Assembly: GCF_009914755.1 (NCBI RefSeq)
Contig: NC_060935.1
Reading direction: 5' to 3' (one strand)
Source of the DNA: the human T2T-CHM13v2.0 reference genome, Homo sapiens
DNA length: 64,000 bases
A program made the position numbers and the translations under genes. Shown here piece after piece: positions 1 through 11,000 of this stretch (position 1 is its first letter; every line of letters begins with the position of its first letter). The notes below the pieces were generated by a model that was not told where the DNA came from, did not search any database, and worked only from the letters and a program-made list of their open reading frames with translations.

Positions 1-265
1 AGGTATATCTCCTAATGCTATACCTCCCCCCTACCCCCACCTCACAACAGGCCCCGGTGTGTGATGTCCCACTTCCTGTGTCCAAGTGTTCTCATTGTTC
101 AATTCCCACCTATAAGTGAGAACATACAGTGTTTGTTTTTTTGTCCTTGTGATAGTTTGCTGAGAATGATGGTTTCCAGTTTCATCCATGTCCCTACAAA
201 TGACATGAACTCATCCTTTTTTATGGCTGCATAGTATTCCATAGTGTATATGTGGCACATTTTCT
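1..265 (-). mobile_element. L1PA 3' fragment, 5'-truncated; its 3' end lies outside the window
   Basis: Reverse complement of the L1PA 3'UTR and ORF2 end (cctaatgctat...cccacaacaggccccggtgtgtgatg...catagtattccat), stopping at cacattttctt. Confidence 0.9.
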
Positions 266-481
266 TTTTTTTAAATTTTTGATTATTATACTTTAAGCTT
301 TAGGGTACATGTGCACAACGTGCAGGTTAGTTACAGATGTATACATGTGCCATGTTGCTGTGCTGCACTCATTAACTCGTTATTTAACATTAGGTGTATC
401 TCCTAATGCTGTCCCTCCTCACTCCCCCCACCCCACAACAGGCCCCGGTGTGTGATGCTCCCCTTCCTGTGTCCATGTGTT
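261..481 (-). mobile_element. Second L1PA 3'-end fragment with poly(T) tail
   Basis: T-rich tail followed by attatactttaag...agggtacatgtgcacaacgtgcagg...ttcctgtgtccatgtgtt. Confidence 0.9.
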
Positions 482-675
482 AAAGGATGAGTAAAACCAC
501 CTTGGTCTTGGTAAAGCAAAAATTAGTGTAAAAATGTTATTTCTGCTCTGTGTCAATGGCTCTGAGGGCTTGTTCTCACCACTCATCATGATCTTCTATG
601 CTTCTTACTGCATCAGTGCTTTTGTGTGTATTGCTTTCTTATACTCACAAGATATGTATAGATAGACATCATATC

Positions 676-810
676 CATTTACTGAAGTGGAAGCTGAGGC
701 TTTGAGAATGTTAAGAATTTGAAGTGACTTGTTCTAACATGCCATAGAACAAGTAGGAGAGCTTGGATTTGAACCTACGTCTATATGAGTCTGGAACTGA
801 AGTTCTTACT
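676..810 (-). mobile_element. MIR SINE
   Basis: catttactgaagtggaagctgaggc...gtgacttg...ggatttgaacc resembles the reverse MIR core. Confidence 0.65.
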
Positions 811-1796
811 CATTTCACTTCATCGTATTTCCCACTTTGGCTCTCGGCTAAGCTGAGCACTGTTGGATCATTTACTAACATGCTTTCCTTTGCAATAAAT
901 GGTTATTGACTTATCTAATAACCTTATAAGGTTTGTTCCAGCTCATATTTTCCTGATGATAACTTATAACTGTATATGGAATTCCTAGTGCAGACACTGG
1001 TTACAAATGAAACTGAAAACATAATGGAAATGATTGTTTTAAAATAAGCAAAAGAACATATATTAACATACACAATTGTATATTTGTTAGTTTTATTAAC
1101 ATTTTAAATTGTTTCTGTTAACTCCAAGTGACATTCATAAAAATCAGCTTATTTAAATCTCAAAATAAATCTCTTTATTCTTTTTTATTCACTTATTTTT
1201 TAACAAAGGTGTATACACATATAAATATACACATATACAAATATTCAAACACACACTTATATATGGTAATTGAAAAACACATTTCAATTATATATATATA
1301 GGTGAAGACAGAATTATCCTTTAAAGCTGTGTCTGCCTGTGGAAATGAAGTCAAAAGTTGGAGAGTAATTATCTAGATGACTCATGAAAAAGCTTTTTGT
1401 AGATAAGGTGGCTGACTTTTTAAGTGAGTAAATACAATTGGTAAGAGCACTTTATTATAAGTAAAATTTTCACATTTTCAAATCTGACCATCATCATAAT
1501 CCTGAGACATGAGCAGGTAAGCTATATATAAACACCTCTGCTACACAATAATGCATATAAAGTTGAAATATACACTTCTTTTAGGAATTAAACTTCATTA
1601 GACCTGATTACTTTATATAAATAATTGGAAAATAATTAATAAAGCCTCAAGATTCCGGTTTACATTCAATATATTGTTTCTCTTCCTTACTTATGTGGTT
1701 GATGCCAATTTGTACATGCAAGTGTTTGTAGAAAGGCCATTCCTACTTTGAAGTTCTTACTGGAAAAGGAATATCCCCACTCCTTTCCCTGCTGAT

Positions 1797-1925
1797 CTAG
1801 TGGAAAGGAATTGGGTGTTGGAGCCTGAGATTTTGTGTTAATATCCCAGATTGTCTGTTATTTGCTTAAACTTAACTTCTTTAAGCATGAGTTTCCCACC
1901 AATCAAATAGGAATAATAAGACCTA
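1797..1925 (+). mobile_element. Degenerate MIR SINE
   Basis: tagtggaaagga...ggagcctgag...cttaacttctttaagcatgagtttccc...aaataggaataataa. Confidence 0.5.
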
Positions 1926-2654
1926 ATGCAGACCATTCCCTAGGGCAGTCGGTCCTTAGCCTTCCATTGTTTCACCAGTTATCATAACAACATTCTGTTG
2001 TAGGCATTATTACTTTTATAATAATAATAAACTTCTGTTTTCATTTTAAAATGACAGATTTAAGAAAACACTCCGCACTTAATGCATACTTTTTATGTTT
2101 TAAATGTCAGGCTAGAGATTTTTCTAAAGATCTTTCTCTTTTGTAAAGAATGAATTCAGTTAAGACTTTTAAAGAAATATTTGAAGAGCAGCCATAATTT
2201 TTAAGTGCCTCTTGAACTATACGCTGTTTTCTTCTAGTTGCAGATAAAGCAGTCTCCCGATTAGGAATGGGATGCTGGTCATCCCTGCTCTCATTTGATG
2301 CCAATGGCAGAAATAAGTAATAAGTTACAATGCTCCTTCTCTCAAAATTTAGAGGTAACTTCAGAATACTTCTCAATAATTCACTCCAGGAAGCCACTAG
2401 TAAATGATCAAAGCTGGCACTTGATATGAAAACTCTTTCTCTTCTCTACCACATATCCTTCCCCCATATTGAACCTCTTGTTTCTTTCAAGTATTCTTTA
2501 AATTATCTCTATCACAATTCTGTCTGATATTTCAGTACTACCTTCAATAATTTCTAATTTATGTTCTCAATGACAACAGAAGCACTCAATAATTTTGCAC
2601 TTGGATGTACCAACTTGTTAATGACTATGATACCACAAATTGATCTGAAGCAAA

Positions 2655-2676
2655 TTTTCCTTTGTCCTAATTGCAG
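2655..2676 (+). promoter_or_regulatory. Putative splice acceptor of the OR4C15 coding exon
   Basis: ttttcctttgtcctaattgcAG, 46 nt before ATG 2723; similarly placed acceptors precede the other two OR genes. Confidence 0.65.
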
Positions 2677-2722
2677 ACTATACATGATCCCTGTTGGAGC
2701 TTTCATCTTTTCCTTGGGAAAC

Positions 2723-3673
2723 ATGCAAAACCAAAGCTTTGTAACTGAGTTTGTCCTCCTGGGACTTTCACAGAATCCAAATGTTCAGGAAATAGTATTT
2801 GTTGTATTTTTGTTTGTCTACATTGCAACTGTTGGGGGCAACATGCTAATTGTAGTAACCATTCTCAGCAGCCCTGCTCTTCTGGTGTCTCCTATGTACT
2901 TCTTCTTGGGCTTCCTGTCCTTCCTGGATGCGTGCTTCTCATCTGTCATCACCCCAAAGATGATTGTAGACTCCCTCTATGTGACAAAAACCATCTCTTT
3001 TGAAGGCTGCATGATGCAGCTCTTTGCTGAACACTTCTTTGCTGGGGTGGAGGTGATTGTCCTCACAGCCATGGCCTATGATCGTTATGTGGCCATTTGC
3101 AAGCCCTTGCATTACTCTTCTATCATGAACAGGAGGCTCTGTGGCATTCTGATGGGGGTAGCCTGGACAGGGGGCCTCTTGCATTCCATGATACAAATTC
3201 TTTTTACTTTCCAGCTTCCCTTTTGTGGCCCCAATGTCATCAATCACTTTATGTGTGACTTGTACCCGTTACTGGAGCTTGCCTGCACTGATACTCACAT
3301 CTTTGGCCTCATGGTGGTCATCAACAGTGGGTTTATCTGCATCATAAACTTCTCCTTGTTGCTTGTCTCCTATGCTGTCATCTTGCTCTCTCTGAGAACA
3401 CACAGTTCTGAAGGGCGCTGGAAAGCTCTCTCCACCTGTGGATCTCACATTGCTGTTGTGATTTTGTTCTTTGTCCCATGCATATTTGTATATACACGAC
3501 CTCCATCTGCTTTTTCCCTTGACAAAATGGCGGCAATATTTTATATCATCTTAAATCCCTTGCTCAATCCTTTGATTTACACTTTCAGGAATAAGGAAGT
3601 AAAACAGGCCATGAGGAGAATATGGAACAGACTGATGGTGGTTTCTGATGAGAAAGAAAATATTAAACTTTAA
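2723..3673 (+). CDS. OR4C15: Olfactory receptor 4C15, 316 aa from the MQNQSF start; the ORF is open upstream to 2561 (370 aa)
   Basis: 7TM OR motifs: N-glycosylation site [49 protein letters not shown]; translation recognised as OR4C15. Confidence 0.95.
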   Translation: MQNQSFVTEFVLLGLSQNPNVQEIVFVVFLFVYIATVGGNMLIVVTILSSPALLVSPMYFFLGFLSFLDACFSSVITPKMIVDSLYVTKTISFEGCMMQLFAEHFFAGVEVIVLTAMAYDRYVAICKPLHYSSIMNRRLCGILMGVAWTGGLLHSMIQILFTFQLPFCGPNVINHFMCDLYPLLELACTDTHIFGLMVVINSGFICIINFSLLLVSYAVILLSLRTHSSEGRWKALSTCGSHIAVVILFFVPCIFVYTRPPSAFSLDKMAAIFYIILNPLLNPLIYTFRNKEVKQAMRRIWNRLMVVSDEKENIKL

Positions 3674-3803
3674 AAAATCCAAAGTTAAGAGTAAAAAAGG
3701 TCAAAATGGCCTTAAATAAAAACTTAATGAGATACATCTTTCATGGCAAGAGATAAAGTAATGCTAGAAAAAAATCATTAATGTGGGATCAGAAAACTTA
3801 TGT

Positions 3804-6284
3804 GTCCACCCTCAGAAAGCACAAATATGCACCTCCTCAGTCACCTATATAGGCCTAGTCTTACCCCGTGACTCCAAGGGCTCACAACCAACTGCATATT
3901 GCACCTCCACTCCCTTCCACCTCTGCAAACTAAGCAAGACATTCTCTCTTTTCTAGGACTAGTGGTTTATTTTAGGCTCTGGGTTCCCTCCTTCACTCTA
4001 CTTGCCAAACCGTTATACCAGGCGGCTAAAGGCCCTCTCCATGAGCCTTTAAACCCCACACAGCCTATTACCCAACATTTCCATCCTCCAGAAGGCTCTC
4101 ACATCAGCCCCCATTCTCACTCTCCCAGACCTCACCAAACCTTTCTCCCTCTATACCGCTAACCAGCATGGAGTTGCAGTAGGTGTTCTAACCCAGTCTA
4201 AGGGACCCATCTTCCAGGTTGTTGCCTACCTCTCTAATCAGCTTAAAGCTGCAGTTCATGGATGGCTTGCTTGTCTCTGAGCTTGGCAGCAGCTGCTGTC
4301 CTCACTCTTGAAAGCCTAAAATGATCTCTCCATGCCAACCTAACAGTCGATTCAACCTGAAACATCAAAGACATGTTAGCTCACTGCTGTGTACTAAGTC
4401 TCATCTCTGCCCCACAGCTCTTCCAACTGTATGCTCTATTCATAGAAACTCCCCACATTACCATGCTAACCAGCTCCCATCTAAACCCAGCCATGCTCTT
4501 ACCTGAAGCTACAACCACCCAAGACCCTATACAATTCGGTGTGAATGCTGCTCTTACATTTTTCCAAACATAACAGACCAACACCTTCCAGATGCCTCCT
4601 TTACTTGGTTTGTAGATTACCCAGTCCTGCTCTGTCTGCTACTCAGTATCACCCCAAGGTTCCCTCCAGCCACAGCCTTTTCCTACCCACCAAGCCTGGG
4701 GCCTGGTATCCAGGCAAGATTGGCAAGTAGACTTCACTCACATACTGCCCAATAAATGGTTCTACTATCTTCTAGTCTTTGTCTGTACTTTCTTCGGGTT
4801 GGTAGAAGTGTTCCCAACAACTTCAGAACATGCAAATGTCATCACACAAACTCTCATCATGCATATAACTCCCCATTTTGAACTCCCAACATGCATCCAA
4901 TCCAATAACAGGCCCGCCTTTTATCAGCCAAATTACCTAAGGCGTCTCTACACCCTTCAGGCCTCAATCTTCAGGCAAAGTTGGAAAGGTCAACTCTGTC
5001 CTTAATGCCCAACTCACCATGCTGGCCTTAGAAACCTGCTAGTCGTGGACAAAAAAAAAGTTCCCTTTTACCCTCGTGAGACTCCGTGCAACACCAAAAG
5101 CACCCTTTTTATAGTCCCTTTGAAATCATGTGTGGCCAAACTTTAGTCTTAGGGCCTTCACCCTTACCAGACTCTGAGCCACTCAGGAGTTACCTCTCCT
5201 CCTTAATCCAGACATGGTCTTTCATTAGTGAAACAGCAAATGAGGCCATACCTCTCCCTGTAGACACCTCCTTGTCCTCTCAACATAAATGTCTTGCAGG
5301 CACAGACATATTTATCTGCCAACCTGACCCTCACCAAAAACTACAACTGAAGTGGACAGGTCCCTTACACTGTGATACTCAGCACACCAACTGCAGTGAG
5401 AGTCTAAGGAATCCCCCACTGGGCCCATCACACCAGAGTCAAGCTCACCCCCAAGGCTACTCCTTCCTCCAAAACATTAACTGCGGTTAACACACTGGGA
5501 GTCCCTGTGTATAATAACCTAAACAAAGAAAAATGATCCTTAAAGGTAGGAGGAAGCTAAAGATGGCAAGAAGACGAATGGCCTCCATAATGAATCATTG
5601 AATATTACTGTCCTGGCACTTGGGCTGAGGATGTTTCATGGTGTTATCTCACTCCCATATATATGCTAATTAGAATAATTAGATGACAGGCAGTTTTAGA
5701 GATAATCGCTAACCAAACTGCCTCAGCCCTGGAAATGCAAGCACAACAACAAAACCAAATGCACGTGTCAATTTATCAAAACAGGCCATTGCTAGATTAG
5801 CAGAAGAATGTGGGGTCTGTGGCAAGTTTAATATCTCCAATTGCTGTCTTAACATAGATGATCATGGAAAAGTGGTTCTTGAAATCACTTCAAACATCGG
5901 AAAAGTAGCCCATGTACCAGTCCAAACCTGGAAGGGATGGGACCCAACAAACCTTCTAGGAGGGTGGTTCTCTAATTAAGGAGGATTTAAAATACTGGTA
6001 GGTACAGCAATCTTCAACAATGGGTTCCTTCTGTTTTTTCCCCTGTGTTATCCCACTAATAGTAAAAGCCATTAAATCTCTTGTTGAAACTACATTTAGT
6101 TGCCAGACAATCTAGATGATGCTCCTCCTGTAACGACACAATGGATATCAACTGGTCTCTCAAGAATACCCCCAAAATTAAGTTTTTCTTTTTCTAAGGG
6201 GCCCACACCACGCCTATGTCAGGCCTGAAGTAGTTATTGAAAATGTCGTTCCTTTTCCTTTTTCTATAAGCAAATAGACAGGAA
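3804..6284 (+). mobile_element. HERVH48-type (HERV-F/H-related) internal remnant, copy 1: RT C-terminus, tether, integrase, env TM; all frames broken
   Basis: ORF fragments TKQDILSFLGLVVYFRLWVP (RT), WQVDFT and SPFEIMCG (IN), env TM CX6CC region; paralogous to 33075-35579. Confidence 0.8.
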
Positions 6285-6731
6285 TGAAAGATTTCTCCCC
6301 ATGGCTGGAAAACTTGGGGGGATGAATAACTCCTCCCTTCTCAGGCCGAGTCTCAAGGTGCAATGCTACTTCTGCCAGCAGTGTGTGTCAGCAAGATAGC
6401 AGAAGCAGGAGGAGAGCCAGCTGGAGGACATGTACCCTGCCTGGAAGACACCTACCCTGGACAGAAGACATGTACCCTAGGAGGAAGACACATATACCTG
6501 AAAATCGAGAAAGAGGCCGTCTGGGTACTATGTGCAGTAACGTCAGACTGGGATGCTTTCTGTTTACAGGAGATTATAAAACTGTTGCCCCATCCTCACT
6601 TGGAGCTGACGCCATTTTAGGCCTCAGCCCACCTGCACCCAGGCGCTCATGAAAAGAGCATGTTGCTCCACACTGCCTTGTGTTGTCTGTTGGCACACTC
6701 TCAGGTTTCCAACCAATACAAGAACCTTTCA
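6285..6731 (+). mobile_element. MER48-type 3' LTR, copy 1
   Basis: Inverted termini TGAAAG...CTTTCA, preceded by purine tract aaatagacaggaa, internal TATAAAA box; matches recalled MER48 consensus. Confidence 0.75.
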
Positions 6732-6958
6732 GCAAGCAAGTGAAACTCCAAAAGAAGAGATGTACAGCAAAATATACATTAGATCTCAACAGAATTTTGG
6801 GAGATCAGGGATTCTCCTGAGGGTGTGCTCTCAGACCTCAGCCAATTGTCCTGTTGGTTTGACCCATAAAGTTAGCTCATGTTGGTACCAAGTTCCAATA
6901 AGATATTTGTGAAAGGCCAGGGCATCTCCACTCAGAATCCTTCTGTGGTTACCAAAAA
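6732..6958 (-). mobile_element. MER4-group internal leader with PBS, copy 1
   Basis: Minus strand reads LTR-end CA, then ttttTGGTAACCACAGAAGG; same flank follows copy 2 at 36007-36235. Confidence 0.7.
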
Positions 6959-7403
6959 TGTGAACCCCAAAAATTTGAGATAGATCTCAGTTAATTTAGA
7001 AAGTTTATCTTGCCAAGGTTGAGGATATGCACACATGATATAGATTCAGGATGTCCTGATGACATGTGCCCAAGGTGGCTGGGGCATAGCTTAGTTTTAT
7101 ACATTTTAGGGAGACAAGAGACATCAATCAATATATGTAAGAAGCACATTGGTTTGGTCTGGAAAGTTTGAATAACTTGAAGCAAAGGCAGGAAGACTCA
7201 AAGCAGGGAGGGGACTTTCAGGTCACAGATAGGTGGGAGACAAACAGTTGCATTGTTTTGAGTTTCTGATTAGCTTTTCCAAAGGAGGCAATCACATATG
7301 CATCTGTCTCAGTCAGCAGAGGGATGACTTTGAATAGAATGGGAGTCAGATTTGCCCTGAGCAATTTCTAGTTGGAAGGGGCCCAAGATATTTTTCTTTC
7401 ACA
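6959..7403 (-). mobile_element. MER4A-type 5' LTR, copy 1
   Basis: Minus strand TGTGAAAG-aaaaatatcttgggcccc...ggcaagataaactttctaaattaactgag...ggggTTCACA. Confidence 0.8.
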
Positions 7404-7683
7404 AGTGTGTACAAGGATAAGTGAAAATCTACACAATGAGCTCTGGGAGTCCTTTCCTCTTGCAGCTCCCAGGATGTCAGCAGCCAGTACACAAAACAAC
7501 CTTATTGATTTTCCACTACCATGCACATATCATAAGAGATGGTGGATTGTTTTCGTAAGAAAAGAGATGATCTATGTACTGCATGATAGCTCACAAATTA
7601 AGCCAAAAAATATACAAGCAATGCCCACACATTTGGAGATTCCAAGTAACTATTTTTCAAATTTCCTCTTCTTTAAACATAAG

Positions 7684-8053
7684 TGTCAGGCCTCTGAGCC
7701 CAAGCCTGCCAGTATACATCCAGATGGCCTGAGACAACTGAAGAACCACAAAAGAATGGCTGGTTCCTGCCTTAACTGATGACATTAACTTCTGACATTC
7801 CTTCTCCTGGACAATGAATCTCAGGAGCTCCCCACCAAGCACCTTGTGACTCCTGCTCCTGCCCCTGCCCGCAAGAGAACAACCCCCTTTAACTAATTTT
7901 CCACTACCTGCCCTAATCCTATAAAACTGCCCCATGCCTTTCTCCCTTTGCTGACTCTTTTTGGACTCAGCCCACCTGCACCCAGGTGATTCAATAGCTT
8001 TATTGCTCACACAAAACCTGTTTGGTAGTCTCTTCACATGGACTCACCTGACA
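7684..8053 (+). mobile_element. HERV-H 5' LTR (LTR7 family, short old type)
   Basis: tgtcaggcctctgagcccaagc...tataaaa...gctcacacaaaacctgtttggt...tgaca. Confidence 0.9.
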
Positions 8054-11000
8054 TTTGGTGCTGAAGACATGGGACAGGAGGACTCCTTTGGGAGACTAGT
8101 CCCCTGTCCTTGACCTCACTCCGTGAGGAATCCACCTATGACTTCAGGTCCTCAGACCAACCAGCCCAAGGAACATCTCACCAATTTCAAATCAGGTAAG
8201 CAGTCTTTTCACTCTCTTCTCCAGCCTCTCTTGCTACCCTTCAATCTCCCTGTCCTTCCAATTCCAGTTCTTTTTCCTCTCTAGTGGAGACAAATGAGAC
8301 ACGTTTTATCCATGGACCCAAAACTCCTGGACCATCACAGATGCTTCAGGTAACTCTTACAGTGGAGGGTAAGTCTATCTCCTTCTTAATCAATACAGAG
8401 TCCAACCACTCCACATTACCTTCTTTTCAAGGGCCTGTTACCCTTGCCTGCCAAACTGGACAACATTCTTTTATGCACTTCTTTTTAATTATCCCCACCT
8501 GCCCAGCTCCCTTATTAGGTGGAGGCATTTTAACTAAATTATCTGCTTCCCTGACTATTCCTGGGCTACAGCCACATCTTATTGCTGCACTTTTACCCAG
8601 CTTAAGTCCTCTTTCACATCCTCCCTTTGTATCTCCCCACCTTAATCCACAAGTAGGGGATACCTCTACTCCTACCTTGGCGATCCATCATGCACTCCTT
8701 GTCATCCCGTTAAAACCTAAACACCCTTACCCCATTCAATGCCAATATCCCATCCCACAGCAGGCTTCAAAAGGGTTAAAGCCTATTATCACCCACCTGT
8801 TACAACATGGCCTCTTAAAGCCTAAAAATTCTCTTTACAACTTCCCTATCTTACCCGTCCAGAAACTGGACAAGTCTTACAGATTGGTTCAGGATCTTCA
8901 CTTAGTTAATCAAACCATCCTTCTCATCTATCCTATAGTGCCAAACCTGTACACTCTCCTGTCTTCAATATCCCCTTCAATATCCTGTCTTCAATAGTGA
9001 GTCTTCAACTCACTATTCTGTTATCTACCTCAAAGACACCTTCTTTACTATCCCCTTGCATCCCTCCTCCAAGCCTCTTTTCACTTTTACTTGGACTGAC
9101 CCTGACACCCACCAATCCCAACAACATACATGGACTGTTCTGCCCCAAGTCTTCAGGAACAGCCCACACTACTTTGGCCAGGCATTTTCTCATAATCTGC
9201 TTTCTTTTTACCCATCTGCCTCCCACCTTATTCAATATTTTGTTGATCTTCTTTGAGGCCCTCTTACCAATCTTCCCAGCAGGACACTATCCTGCTTCTT
9301 CAACATATCTACTCAAAGGGGTACCTACTATCCCCCTCCAAGGAAAAAATTTCTTCCCCTAGTTGTACCTATAGTATAATCCTCTATCAACATACATGTC
9401 CCTTTCCTGCAGAAAGTATTCAGTTGTTCTACCAGACCCCAATCCCCACGACCAAACAACAACTCCTTTCCTTCTTAGGCATTGTTGGATATTTCCGACT
9501 CTGGATACCAGGTTTGCTATCCTAAACAAGCCACTTTACAGGCTCACAAAGGGTAAAATAACTGATCCCATAGGCCCTAAGTCTTTTCCCCATTCTTCCT
9601 TTTGCTCTCTCAAAAAGGCCCTGGAGACAGCTCCCTGTTGCCTTTCTATCAAAACAACTTGACCTCACAGTTCTGGGCTGGCCTTCATGTCTGTGTATTA
9701 AAGTGGTGGCTGCCACTTTAATACTTCTAGAGGACTTTAAAGTCAGAGGCTATGCTCCACTTACCCTTTACAGTTCTCACAACCTTCAGGCATCAATATC
9801 CTCCTCAAACCTTTCACATTTATTGTTTACCCCACAACTCTGCCAGCTCTATTCACTCTTTGTTGAAACTCCAACAGTAACTATTTCCCATGGGCCCAAT
9901 TTCAAACCAGTTTCTCACTTAGCACCCAACACAAGTCCTGAATCACAGGACTGTATTTCCCTAATACACAGAGCATCTTCCCCCTTTCCTCATATTTCTA
10001 TTCTTCCAATTCCAAACCAAGACCACACTTGGTTTATCGATGGCAGTTCTTCTAAACCCAATCAATTTTCACCAGCTAAAGCTGGATATGCTGTCATGTC
10101 CCACACCTCTATTATTGAAGCTGCTGCACTTCCTCCCTCCACCACTTCCCAACAAGCTGGACTGTTTGCCTTAACTCGTGCACTCTCTCTCACTAAAGGA
10201 ATGTATATTAACATTTATACTGACTCCATATATGCTTTCCACATCCTCCATAACCATGCTGCCATCTGGGCTGAAAGAGGCTTTCTTACCACACAAGGCT
10301 CTTCCATTATCAATGCCTCCTCAATAAAGGACCTCCTTAAGGCTGCTCTACTGCCGACCAAGGCTGGAGTCATTCATTGTAAAGGACAACAGAAACCTAT
10401 TGATGTTATTGCAAAAGGAAATGTCTTTGCAGACAGGACAGCAAAAAAATAGCTAATGCCTCCACTCCCTCTAGTATTCCAGTCCCCACTCCAGAAGGAC
10501 AGTAATTTTCTTTCTCCTCTATCACTCCTACCTACTCTTCTTCTGAAAACCTGCTCTACCAGTCTTTCCCAACTCAGGGCAAATGGTTCTTAGACTATGG
10601 AAAATTCATTTTTCCTGCCTCACAAGCTCTACCCATTCTTTCTTCTCTTCATGACCACTTCCATGTTGGATACAAGCCTCTGGCTCACCTCCTGACACCC
10701 CTCATCACCTTCGCTTCATGGAAATCCATCCTTAAGACTATCACCTCTCAATGCTCTGTCTGCCATGCCACAAGCCCTCAAGGCTTTCTCAGGCCTCCTC
10801 ATATTCTTATGCATCAGGCTCGTGGATATACTCCAACACAAGATTGGCAGTTTGACTTTACTCATGTGCCCTGTGTTTGTAAATTTAAATATCTCCTAGT
10901 TTGGGTTGACAGCTTCACCGGATGGGTCGAGGCCTTTCCCACCAGCTCCAAAAAGTCTACTTCAGTCATTTCTTCCCTTCTAACAGATATAATTTCCTGA

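Noticed and set aside
6420-6500. CRISPR-like or other prokaryotic repeat array
   Set aside because: Primate DNA; the units are contiguous LTR repeats without unique spacers.
7500-7580. Minus-strand peptide STISYDMCM resembling the OR motif KTISxxxCM
   Set aside because: No other OR motifs nearby and not preserved in the paralogue; probably chance.
7372-7779. Similar ORFs at 7372-7779 and 36466-36840 suggesting a conserved small protein
   Set aside because: The similarity comes from the segmental duplication; the frames shift relative to each other and both start inside an LTR.
8284-10452. HERV-H pro-pol ORFs of 237 and 249 aa as functional genes
   Set aside because: Non-ATG starts, protease active site degraded (INTES), YVDD motif broken, several frameshifts.
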